From contig JAYWIR010000030.1 of the NCBI GenBank assembly GCA_036172245.1, forward strand, positions 2,604,001 through 2,668,000: DNA of 64,000 bases, given 5' to 3'. The notes beneath the pieces are model-generated. The model searched no databases and was not told the DNA's origin. It worked only from the letters and a program-made list of their open reading frames with translations. Both the position numbers and the translations under genes were made by a program. Shown piece by piece: positions 36,948 through 49,300 of the stretch; position 1 is the first letter of the stretch; every line of letters starts with the position of its first letter. The stretch is from Raillietiella orientalis (taxonomy: Eukaryota).

Positions 36948-39900
36948 AGCGCCTCGGCGTGACCGGGTGTTAACCAGTCCCCGCGCCTCGAACCCATCGG
37001 GGCGAGCCGGAGTCATCCTGATGGGTGCGGACTCGAAACCTAGGACTCACCCCCCATTTCTTAGAATCGAGCCTTCGGCAGGTGGGGATCCCAACCTGCA
37101 ACGCTGGGTTCCACGCGCGGAGACCACAGCCACACGGCTGCCATCGCGGGCGCACCATGAGGCACCACAGTCCAGTCTGGAAGCTCACAGGTATGGAAGC
37201 ATTCCGAGCCGGAAATTCACGGGATTACTGAAAGCTGGCAGGGTACCGCAGAGGCTCTCTACATGACGGGTTCGTACAAGAGAAAGCCGCCTTTCTCTTT
37301 GTGAAACCTCACGTGGAGCCCCCGCACGCCGTTGGACGTTCTGAAGAACGAAGGCAACGGATGGGAACCAAGCAGCTCTCACTTCACTGGACAGACCTCG
37401 AAGACTTTCTCGTAAGACAAGAAAAACTTGCGAATCTTCTGGAAGATTGTTCGGAAGCGCGACGGTCAATTGTGACTACAGTAATGAGTAGTAATCCTTT
37501 CAATTGCTTTCCTGGAAGCATCCTGGAAACCTAATTTACAGGAACTTAACGTGCAACACCCGAGGATGAGATGATCTACTCGGTACATCATACAGAAAAT
37601 GTGCGAGAAAGTCAGCCTACAGATGAAAGACTGGGGTTGCTCGCTCCCTGATTCTTCTCGCGTTCGCCTTGAGATTCTGCACCTGACAGGATTCTTGATC
37701 CGCCATTAAGATAAATCTTCCAGTAATGATGAGCGCGCATGCGGTCGCACAGCTCCTGTCTTCAGTCTCCAGATTCCCAATGGAGTCGGGCACTCCTAAC
37801 GCATTCTGGGATACAATGGGCATCCGCATCCATATGGCTGGATGGAATGTGCCCATCCGACCCATGCGACAAGAACCTGATACGAGTCGAATGGTGAGCC
37901 CTGCCTTAAGAGCAGAGTGAGTTTGATGAACAAATTGCTTTGCGGTCCCACTTGTGGTGTGTCCTGTGATTTTTGCAGAACTCAGAAAGCAAAGGTAACG
38001 TTGGTTAAAGTAAAACGTTGGTTTTACTTACAAAATGATTTCTCAGACTCTGTCGCGCTCGAAACTGCGCTTCCAAGGTTTCCAGAACCGCTCCGGAGCA
38101 AAGAGGGATACATTCTCCCGAATTGTAAACCGGGATCCTGGAATTCGCGAATGTCGGCAAAGCGCTAAGCGAAGCCGCTCACCCGCCTTCTCTCATCTCG
38201 AACGGAGAGGTGTTTGCGCAGGTCCCGAACCTCCATGAACACGCGGAAACACACCCTTCTGTTTTCCCGGTCCTACGACCGCATCATTTTGCCGCGGAAT
38301 CTCACATGGGTGGTCACTCTGAGCGAAACGAGAGCTTCTGATCTCCTGAAAACGGGGACTGGGTCCGATCCACAGGAAAACAAACTCAAACAGGTCCCTT
38401 CACAGTTGACTGAATCGGCCACCTGACCATAAAAGTTTCGTCAGCAACCATCTTTGGAGAGAAATGTCCCTTATGCATGAATGGTGAGGGCAGCAGACGG
38501 AATTGTCACACTTTTTTTTTTTTTTTCAGATGCTCAACGCCTTTGATGAGAGCTCAGCAAGTCTGAGGAAGGCATGTGATCTTAGAAAACACTAAGAAGG
38601 TAGAGGCCATTTTCTTTTTTTGCTTCCTTTCTCCTTTTTTGCTTTAATTTTTTTTTCTTCTCCTGTAAATGATCATCTGGATGCGGTCAGATCGGTTCCC
38701 GAAATGCGATGATCATCGCTCGAAACCTGTGTAGAAGATCACCTGGCTAGGCAGAACGCGGTAGAATGTGAAGAATGGGTATCAATTAAAGTGGAATGGT
38801 TGAGAGTGTGCATCACAGTGAAAGTCCTGCTGCCTTTTCGTCCGTCCCATTTGCGTGGAACCTGTTTCTTCTTCCGCGTCCTCACTGTCCGCAGACCGAG
38901 CGTCGGTCACGTCTACCCGAGCCAAACGCCCCATGGACCCAGACGAAGACTAAGTTGGCAACGCACTCAATCTTTTCGCCGGTAAAAGACGTGACTTGTC
39001 AAGTCGGTGCGTTCCCAAAAACAGCACGCACTCGATTTGTTTTCTGATCTCATGAACAATGGACAATAACAAGTTCTTTTTGCATTCCTTTTTAGGTAAA
39101 AAAAGCTGTTTCAGGAAAAAGTTGTTCACTTCTTTGAGCAAGGAAGGATCACATGGCATTTAAAGTGCGAGGGTGACGTGTACAGCTTTTCTTGTATACA
39201 GGACGAAAACAGGCTTGTGATATTACCAAGTTGCGGTAACAAGGTCCGAGTTACATCCATGCTTCTCGATAGACATTGGAGAGTCATCGATTTCACTGAC
39301 TTTCCCCAAACAAGACATGGCTTCTCGTCACTCTAATCAAGGATGCGTCCAACCTCATTCCTATTGTTTTTCTCATTTCCGCTTGTCTTTTTCTCGGTCT
39401 CATTGCTCTATTGATGATTTACGACATAGCTGCCAACAACGATAGGCTGGAAGCACTTCTCTTGAAGACAGTGACGTCAGTCCACCTACATAAGATTCGC
39501 ACGCGTCGAAGCACCTTTCCTTTGTAAATCTCCCAAATTGTGCAAACTCAAAGTTCGGAGAAACCCACCACACAAAACCGAGTCCTTTTAAAGGTTTTGT
39601 GAGGGGAAGTTTTGTTTGCTTTTTTTACTCTGGCCATGTTTTGTTATTCCCGTGAATGTGTCGCTTCATTGGTTGATTGGTGGGAAAACAAACTCATGAT
39701 GCGCTGGATTGCTCTCCCAGGTCTGGAGCTTCTTGGTCGTGTTTCGGAAAGAAATGTTTTGAAAATGTGAGGGGACACTCTGATTTTAGAGGACATGAAT
39801 TTCCTTCTACTTTCGAAGAGAAAAATAATTCATGTGGCTAATTAAATCGTCAGCAGAATACGATTTCCGACTGCCCGATTGCTGCTTTGTTCAGTGACAT

Positions 39901-41793
39901 TGGATTGCCATTTTCCGTGACCGTTTAGCTGGAAGGCTTCCGTCCTTCGCGTCTGCCGCTTGTTTCAACTCAAGCTGTGGGTTTTACATCTCATGCGTGC
40001 CCCAATAAGGGGCAGGCATCTCTTACCAGCGTGACTAGAAGGAAGCCGTGAATGGTAAAAGGCTTCGAGAAACTTTTGGATGGATGAACTGTTATTACTG
40101 ATGTTTTTCACTGTATCATTCGTTCCTCTCTTCTTTGCGTTGAATAGACTTAAATAAGCGTGGCACAAGATGGCACGCTGCACCTGGGAGACTCGCCGAA
40201 AAGGGAGAAAAAAGAAATTTGGAGATAGTACTGTTGCCTTCAGTGAAGGCGAAAGACATCAGCAAGTACCTCGGATACTGCTTGTAATTTTTTTGCAAGG
40301 CAAATGGACCGCAACATCAGCAACTTTGCAAGAGATGCGTTCCAAATGAAGCCGTTACTTGTCAGTGCGTCGCACCACGAACTCTGATGTGTATACTCTC
40401 CAGGCCGGAATCGAATCTCCGTTCCATGACGTCACTCTGGCGGAAATGTATTCACTCATCTCCGTGCGTTACCTTAAGTGAACCCCGCAGCAGGAGAGCA
40501 TCGCAAGTTTTGTGAGGTCCAGATATGCCTGACAGATATGATACTTTGAATCACTAGGATTCGATGCACACAGGGAAGCTCGTTGCGCATGCGTCCGAAA
40601 GGTTGAGGTGCACTTTTCCCCGGGAGCTTCAGGAATCTCTAAGAGCCCCTGTCGGCATCCAGGAAGAAAATCTGCCGTAGTTACGTTATGAAAGGAATGT
40701 TCCCAGTCTCCATCTTCATTATGGTCGGCATAAGAAAGCTACGCTTTGCTAAGAACCCATCTTGTGTCCAGTGACTCTCTCCTTTCGACAAATTTTGATA
40801 ACCCAGATGATCCTGAATTTTTTTTTAAAACAACAAACAAGTAATCATATGAAAACGATACACGCGTTTATTTATTTACTTTTTTCATGACTACTTCGTT
40901 GCCTCTTAGTAAGCTCCATGCTTGTTTTTGCACTGGTTAGGAATGTCTGATGTCTGCCCCGCGAACTCCATTCTTTGATTTCATGGTTCCACACGAAGTG
41001 CACAACAGAGTGCTTCTTCACTTCCAGGAGTAAACACTTCACCAGCAACTGCAGGGTCAGCCGGAGGTTGGAACTGCTATCGCTAATCACTCCGTTGGAT
41101 GGTGGTGATACTGGGAGTCGTAAGAGTGCTGGTGACAACCGAAACGGCAACAGGTGGCCCTGCTCTCAAATGCTGTCCGGTGCTCCAAAACTATGCGGCC
41201 CATAAACGAACTCGGAGATCCTGAACCGACTGTATCACTGACTTCGCAGTTTCCCATGGAATTTATAATCCTGGAGATGGAGAAGCAGTTTGCTATGCAG
41301 TGTGTGAAGCTACGGATTTAATGAAGTACTATGCCTTCAAGGCAATTCAAGAAGATGGAATTTTCGGACACAGCTCTGGACAGCATCCCCCGCTGTGCAA
41401 GAGAAGCGTGGGTGTGCGTAATTGTTTCCTCATTGTCAAGAATGATTTATTTTTGTGCCTAGGAAACAAAAGTGTAGCATTGCGTATCAAGTGCTCGTAC
41501 GGAGTCATTAAGGCGGCCGTGACAGCAGTGATTTAGTGTGTTTGTCAGACACTTTGAGTTTACATTAGATGCAAAAATAAGGACATGGCTGCACGGCCGG
41601 ACGTCTTCGTTAACATGGAGCAGCGTGCAGACCCCAGAATGAAATGAAGGTCAAACTCGTCCTCATCTGATGGCAGAGTCCAAGCAAACGGCTACGCAGG
41701 AAGTGACTTTTTTATTTTTTATTTTTGCTTTCAAAAGATCATGGCAGTAATTAAGAAAAGAATGAAGCTGCGGAACTGGCAGCAGTGACGTAC

Positions 41794-42011
41794 GATTTGT
41801 GAAATTTGGGAAGATTCTTATCTTTTGTGAAATTTTCCTCTTTGGAAATCCGTTTTCGCTGACGTGAGGCAGCAAGACTTGCCCTCTGCAACAGTCTCAG
41901 GGAGAAGACTGAATCCTTTCGCAATGCATCCATTTCCCTAAACTCCCTTCGTTGTGGCTCTTGATGCAAGACCAGGCTACTGTCCTGCTCATACGTTTCT
42001 TCTAAGCGCTC
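41794..42011 (-). CDS. Candidate internal exon (ERLEETYEQDSSLVLHQEPQRREFREMDALRK...NLPKFHK)
   Basis: Acceptor ccttttgcag| and donor TC|gtacgt flank 72 open codons of charged, helical-looking sequence. Confidence 0.35.
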
Positions 42012-45000
42012 CTGCAAAAGGTTAAACCTCGGCTGGATTCCACAACATTTCCAAGTAGTCACAGTTCCGAAAAGCGAAAGAAAACCTCTCCTTTTCGGGA
42101 CAAGGTCACTTGGGATGAAAGCGAATTCCGATACAGTGAACGCTCAGGGACTCAAAAGAAAAATGATTGAGCTTCATCAAATCCAATTTGATGAAGCTTT
42201 TCCCTTCTGCTTTGATGTGGACTCCTGGAAGAGAAAAAAAAAACAATCTTCTGCCCGTAAATTGTGGCTAAAGTATAGTTGCCGACTGTTTTCCATTTCC
42301 GTGTGTGGTCTTGAAGAGTTTCAGCTTGAAAATACATGTTCAAAGCAACTGATACTGAAGACAAACTATTATACTGCAGCCTCGTGCATTCAAACCATTC
42401 CGCTCTCCCCAAGCTGAGTCTCCTTTGACACCGCTTAGGGCTTTAATCTTCATGGCACCTTCGCCTCGCAAGTGACACAGGCGCCTAGTCTGGTAATGCC
42501 ATGAATCAGAACAACCTTCGCCATGCTGTTTTTCGTCGTCTTGAATGGCTTCTCTTTTTCGAAAACCTAGGTCGATCTCTCAAAGATGCCTTCACCTTCT
42601 CGTCACCTTGAGAAGATGGCTCTCCTGGTAGTTTCCGAGTTGCTGAATTCATTCTCTACTTTTTGTCTTGAATCATCACCAACTGTCGATGACAGTTACT
42701 GAGAAATGGAACTGTTGCTTAGAAACTGTTACTTCTACGAATTGCGCTGCACCCGCGAAAGGCGTTGCCGCGACGCGAAACTGATGAAGTCAACGGCATT
42801 TGCGTCTTCCAGAATGATTAAAACTCATCGCTCGTCTAATTCCTTTCGCCTTTGGCACGCGAGGCAACTCCCACTCTCCGTTCTTCTAGGTCTGCAGATC
42901 ACTCCGTAAAATAGCAGGAGCAGATTGACGGGTGATCTACAATTTCCTACTTGCTTTCCTTCTCCTTTCCAGTTGTCGACTGAATTCTGACGTGAAACCT
43001 GGAAGATAGTCGAAAGCAGAAGCTGTTAAAGGATTTCCAGGGCCCCCACTCGCTGCTGGAGAAAGTTTGTCAAGGGATCTCTTCAAAGTCCATCACTTTC
43101 CTTTGCTCTTTAACGAGAAGAGCCATCGCTGAGAGGCAATGTGCGAGCTGTTGGAACCCTGTTCAAAGTAAGGTTGTCTTCCTGTCAAACTAACCGGAAG
43201 GGTGAGGAGAGCGAAGCTCCCAAAGTAAGAAAAGCGGGCTGGGAAACATAGAAGCGAGTCACGCGGAAGGAGCTTCTTGCACTTTGACGTGGGTTTGAGG
43301 CCATTGCTTGGAAGCTTCAGGCAGATAATGGACCTTGACTTGCCTACCTGAAGGAAGGGATCGTCCTGAAAAAGCAAGTGGGTTGCAGGAAATCGGCAGA
43401 ATGGAAGAATTTCCTCATTACACGGCAATGGGATGGAAAAGTCCTGTTGATAAACCTGCAATACGGGTCCTCTCTAAGCGGGAAGTGTCAGCTAAAATGT
43501 TAGTCAAAGTGTTAGCCAAAGGGTCGCTCCCCGATTTCGTTCGTCCCTGATGGCATCACAGATCACGCAGCACGCTAAACGTTTCAAAATTCACGAAAAT
43601 CTTAATGCATTCCTTGTGTCTTTCCAAACGAACATCAGAGTGCAAGATGCTTGCGCAAAACTCCATTCTGACGCAAAAATCCGGTATGGTCGGGAAGTGC
43701 AGCCTGATACTTTCATTTCACATCTTCAGGATCCTCTTCGAAATTGCTTTTGCTAGACTGCCCTGATCTAGATACATGGCAATCACCTAGATGATGATTT
43801 TGAAGATCTTCTGCTGAATTAAACCACACAAATCAACACTTTCATCTTCGAGAAATTTTGGGTCACCTCTCATCTTTTCCTTTCTAAACATCTGTATAGT
43901 GCATGTTCAGATTTTTGGTCTTGAGATCCAGTAGATCCCAGGAACTTGGCTCCTCATTTTCAATGTGGAGTACTGACGATAAGATGAAATGCATAAGAAA
44001 TAATAAAATGCCAAGATGAACACATGGTGATGTTAAGTTAGTTTTGTTCCCTTTTCTTAGTTGTGACAATGTTGAAGTCACAAGAAAAGGTGATGGGGTC
44101 TGCGTGATCTTCATACGATTAAGATGAGGCGACTATTAATCAACGACTAATCAACTGAACGCAATAACTCATTGGAATTCTGCCCTGTTATAGATCTACA
44201 AATAAAGTATGGTTTCAGTTATTGTTTCGTGATGACTTCAAACATATTTGAAGTGTGCTATATTTGGGAGCACCCTTATGATGTTGTAGAACAGTGTGCA
44301 TTTATTTATGCATGTTTATTCATAAATTTATGGTAGCCAGAAATCAAGCACGTCTGACATGATATATGAATACTGTATTTCTGTCTATGATGATAACTGA
44401 TGTGGGTTCTCAAAGAATTCAAGTGGCGGGGAAAATTTGCTAAGATTCCACAGGCAGCAGAAATCTCCCCAGTTTGTAGTTTACAGCTTGTTGGGCTATT
44501 GAGTACGCATGCGCAGCAGTTTTCCACCTTCCGTGGCTACAAACCTTCCTCTGAGTCTGGAGTATAATTCTGTTGGGAATCAGTGCTTTCGATCCCCTAC
44601 CCATGCGATCACTAGGCGAAATTCTTCAAACCACTCTACTTTGGACCTCTGGAACTCTGGGTTGTGGGACCTCTTCAGTAGTTCCTTGCATACCTGTCGC
44701 AAATCATTCGTATCCTACGTTTCCAATTGATGGCACTCTGATGAAATTGGTTCCATAGGGTTTCAAATTGGGAGAAATGTTCCTTCACAAATAAAAGACG
44801 AGGAAAATAAAATAAAACACTCTGCTGAACAAGTCTAGTGTCGTTTCACTGAGTCTGAATGATTGATGGAAACTCTTCTTTCGAATCTTCTGACGTGTCG
44901 CCCTTGATCTAGTGCAACCAAAAGCTTCTCTCTTCCCTAAAGATCCCCTTTCAGGAATGCATCGGTTCCAAGTGCTCGACTTGCTTTGCAGCATACCGTT

Positions 45001-45194
45001 CTTTCCGGTAGTTCCAACCTCACTTGCAAGCACCACGTTTCTTGTTTTCGAAACCCAATTAGGATTTGGGTTGCACGATCCACTTCCACTAAGTCGTAGT
45101 GTGATGCCAGGTTGTGGCCCGTGAGGAGGCCAGAACAAGGCGAACCAATTTGATCCAGGTCTGATCAATCCATCTTTGATTCGGTGAGCTTAAG

Positions 45195-45252
45195 CGGCTT
45201 CTTGGACTTCAATGTGACAACACGGCTTCTTGGACTTCAATGTGACAACACG
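45195..45252. repeat. Perfect 28-bp tandem duplication
   Basis: cggcttcttggacttcaatgtgacaaca x2 plus 'cg'. Confidence 0.95.
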
Positions 45253-45289
45253 ATGCTTTGTATGAACTTCCCTCGTTCTGCTTTGATAG

Positions 45290-45548
45290 TCTTCTCCGAG
45301 CCATGATCTCAGTTGCACTTGAGGATGGTGGCAATCTCGAAGAAGAAGAGTTGACGGTATTTATTGCATTCTGGTCACGATGTGTGAACCTTCCAAGAAT
45401 TCAGGATGGAACAGGATGGAACCAGGACTACTGGACGATACTCTTCGAGACATCGTACGTAGACATCCTGAGCAAGAAAATTCCGTATCTTGCGGACCAT
45501 TTTCCGGACCTCAAACATATATCCGTCGCCTCGTTAGCTGCTGGGTAG
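45290..45548 (+). CDS. Candidate exon(s) with a possible in-frame 48-nt intron (45357-45404), unknown product
   Basis: LLRAMISVALEDGGNLEEEELT|DGTGWNQDYWTILFETSYVDILSKKIPYLADHFPDLKHISVASLAAG; splice signals ACG|gtattt...aattcag|. Confidence 0.3.
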
Positions 45549-46639
45549 TGCGCGAAGTGCTTGCACCATCTGCATACATTCGGCGTGAGCCATGTTTTGC
45601 ATCACCTGGGCTCCGATATATCTGTGCAACTGAACAGAGCAGACAGTCATCAGGAACGCCAAATCTTGACCGCGGCAGCATGTTTCTTCCTTAGTGTGAG
45701 CACTTTTGGTGCCTTCTCACTGTGGACAACTCTTCCTTCTTGAACAACCTCAATTCTTTGATTTTAGAACTCCAACCCTCCCTTGAAAAATCTTGCCAAC
45801 GACTGAGTGTAGCCGCTGTGAATAGGTTGCGTGCGTTGAGGAAGTCATTGGTGCTGCAGGTAGGGTTTCAGCAATCCCTGAGCGTGACACCTGGTTTTTG
45901 AGGTCAAGTTGCTTCGCCCGCTGCTGTCGTTCTTTTCGCCTGCTCGTGAAGTCTCGCGAATCTGAGGACGAATGGAGCTCGTAAAGAGTTTTACAGACAG
46001 CGGCCTCCGTTGCTGGCTCAGGCACGTCCCCTTGGAACTTCGCGTTTCGCGAGTCGCTATGACATCCACCCGTTTAATTGGACTTCAACAACAAGGTTGA
46101 AGATGTCACGGAAAAAAATATGGCGTCCCTTCTAAACGCATAGTCTTTCGCATAGTCTTCTGTTTGAGGGTTCTCTGGAGACGGAAACAGAAATAGCTCG
46201 GAGAGAATGGAGTCCTTATGTTTCATCATTTGCAAGCCCCAAAGCCATTGGAAAGAAAATCACGGACGGATGCTTCATTGCTGGGCTTTGTGTAGGTTTG
46301 GACGCAACCAAATCAAAGCTGCTTTCGGGAAGATCCTGCCGCCTATTCTGACTTTACGACCTGGACGCCACCAGCTGTATCCGGCTGCATAAATTTTGCC
46401 ATCGCGAATGCTGACAGAAAGGTTACCCGGGCTACCCGAATCTTCGGCTTCGCTCCTCCTTCCGTTTGCGTGTACCTGCCATTCAAACTCAGAATGGTCA
46501 CGCCCTTTGGCACTCTGCCAGCTTGTTAACTGAGGGGTCTATCGAAAGCATTCCTTCTGTACTCACTGCCTGGTATTCTTCCTTCTGCCTGGCTGCGCTC
46601 TGCTCCCAGTTTCTTTTTCCTACTCTCTGGTAAAGCCCA

Positions 46640-49300
46640 CGGGCTGTTGGTCAGAGTTCAGCACCGTCCAAGCAGCAAACTGAGTCGCGAGAGCGCGCTG
46701 TCAGCACACCAAGCCGAATGGCGGTTCTTGACGCAGCTCTGCGCTACGCAGTCACCCAGGCGGCCCAACCTTTGTCCCCCTCATCTGGCACGATCAGTCC
46801 AGCCATGTAACTCGAACCCAAGAGGCCCACGAAAGCGGTTCGATCGTCTGCATGGAGGCGGGTCGGAGCTTCGCCCCGTCAGCAGCAGTGCCCGGGAACG
46901 GCGAAGCTCTTCTTCGGTGCCGTGGCTGCGAGCGAAGCACCGGCGTTTCCAGGAACGTAGGAGGGGGAAGGCGAGGTTAATGGCCGGGGAGATCGCGGGC
47001 GGCGAGTTGTCTTGGGTTTCCCCTGATCCTCCCCTCCTGCATCCCCCCCGCGGAACAGTAAGGAGTTCATGGAGCCCCTGATCACGTCTGCCTACCTCCG
47101 AGTCTCGGCTGACCACCGGATCCCGCGCGGCGAGCCAATACAACGTCCCTCCAAGCAGACGGGCGACTGCAGGCGGCTCCTTGGTTGGACCAGTCGCGCG
47201 AGCTCGCGACGACCTGGAGTGGCACGTCAACCTCATGATAATGGCAGTGCTACCACTCTCCACCCCCTCTCTCCCCCTCCTCCTCCTCTTTCCTCTTCGT
47301 CGTCAGCTGCTAGGAAACGCTAGGGGATCCGACTGGGGTAAGGGGACGACTGTTCCCTATCTCCCCTCGATCAGCGTGCGTCGCGTCGCCTCGGACAACT
47401 CCCAGCAAGCATCTCCGCGGTCCAGAAACCAGGTTTTCGCGGTCTCGCACCGTATGGCGAGAACTGGGACGCAGAGGCCCGCAGGGCAGCAGCGCACACG
47501 CAAAGAGAGAGAGAGGGAGGAAGGGAGGGAGATGAGTGGGGGGAGGGTGAATAAAAGATGCACAAAGGCGTCGCTGGCTTCGCAGCTCGCAGAGCGAAGT
47601 TTCCACGCGCTTCAAAAAGTAAATCAGGCGAATCCATTTTTTCCCTCCTCCTCTTCTTCATTTCCAGCCGACTCGATGTGGGTTGCTCTCCGCCTTTCCT
47701 TTGCTGTTAGTCTGAGCACGGTGCGGAGCCCGTCTGAGGCGCCCCCTGCTCCGGCTGCGGCCGCGTTGCATAAGGAGGGTCGCGGTGATCTGCTGAGGTG
47801 CTCCCCAGTAGGAGACAAAGCTTCCGTCTTCACCCTAGCATCACTCCACCCCACCCGTTTAGCACATGGTAAAAGGTGGGGCAATGGGAGACTCCGCCCC
47901 CGTGCTCCCCGTTCCAGGAAGGCATCATTTCCGGGAGCGACCTGAACTTTCTCCCGCCAGCCCTGCACGACCCCCTTCCCGAGGGAGGAGCCGAGGTGGA
48001 GCTGCTTGACGAATACAGAGTTCCGCCGAATGAGGTGACCCCGGAGGGAGATCGCGAACGACGCGTTTTTACGAAGTGACCGGCGGGCCATCTCCTGACC
48101 CACATTGGCACCTCTGGGTCGAATTCAGACTCCTCCCTCTCCCCTTTGCCTTCTCCTTAGGTAACCCTTTCCTCCCCGGTAGGCGGTCGCGAGCCCTGCG
48201 GGATGCGGGGATGGAAGGTCTGCCCGGACCGGTTCGTCCGGGGCGCAGATGCAGAGACTCCGCGCGAGCACGCACACCAGCCAGCCGGGCGCTGCTGCAG
48301 CTTCCCGACAGAGGTAGCCGACGACTCCAGGTCCAGTCATCCTCCTCCGGCCGCGGATGACCTGAAAGGAGGGGACATCGATACGCGGGCGGGTCGGTCC
48401 GTCAGCCGAGAAACGCCGGGAAGCGCGCGCGGGGGCTTACCCTTGCGACCGAACGGCGCCCGCACTGAGGCGCTTCCTGGTGCGCCCTCCCGGGAACGAA
48501 GCTACAGAGGAACGATTCATGCACTTCGGAGCGCGCCCTCACCCGGGCCCTCGGAGGCCGCTCCCGCCTTCAAGATACCTCTCCCGCGCCGAGACAGGTA
48601 CCCGACACAGTGAACCGAAACATCCTTGGCTCACTGCAGATTTGCACCGCAGTAGGAGGAGAAACCTCCCAGAGGTGCGACAACGGAAGCCGGAGGCCTC
48701 TCGGCTTCCGGTTCCGACAACGAATCCTCTGCCAATTCTTCCGCTCAGATCTTCCCGCAGCTTCCGGACACGGCGCAGAGCTCTTCAGCAGATGCCCAGC
48801 TCTTGGCTAAAGTCCTCCGGGACTGTGGTCCTTGTCAAGGAGCTCACCATCCTAACCCCGGGCGCTCAGTCTTGTTTCACGACCTCCCTCGCGGTCGCCG
48901 GCCCCGAATGAAGCTGGAGCTGAGATGCCTGAAGGGTGTAGTGCTCGCGCCACAGTTTTCCTTTAACACTGGAAAGAACGAACGCGTCCGCGGCTCCACA
49001 ATGCCGCTGACTCTTCTGCGCCACAGTTGATGAAGCCAAGAATCTTCAGGATGCCGGCTCCGGGATCCAGGAGGAAACGAAAAGATCCGCGAACCCACCG
49101 GCGGGGGGAATATCGTTCTACATTCAATGCGAAGGAGGAAGCACCACCAAAAGAGCAGGGGGACTGCATAGCGAGTCGGGAACACTCACGTCCGGAGTCA
49201 CCGGCGGGCGAACTCTCCTCCAAGGAGGCGTCTTGAACACGCGCAGTTCTCGCTAGCTGACGTCATTCCTGAGCGTACCCTTCCTTCCCTACCACGCGGG
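46640..49300. promoter_or_regulatory. Second GC/CpG-rich block with GAGA/purine tract, possible promoter or first-exon region
   Basis: High CpG density, a CT-rich tract at about 47256-47297, and a GA-rich tract at about 47502-47547 followed by AATAAAAG at 47550. Many overlapping R/P-rich ORFs. Boundaries are approximate. Confidence 0.4.

Noticed and set aside
45195..45252. 28-bp repeat as a CRISPR array
   Set aside because: Only two adjacent copies, no spacer, no cas genes, eukaryotic context.
46647..49236. Long overlapping ORFs (up to 254 aa) in the GC-rich block; RAASQYNVP motif faintly like a psq-type HTH
   Set aside because: R/P/S/A-rich translations occur in several frames on both strands, as expected from GC content. 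The motif is too short and lacks the rest of the domain.
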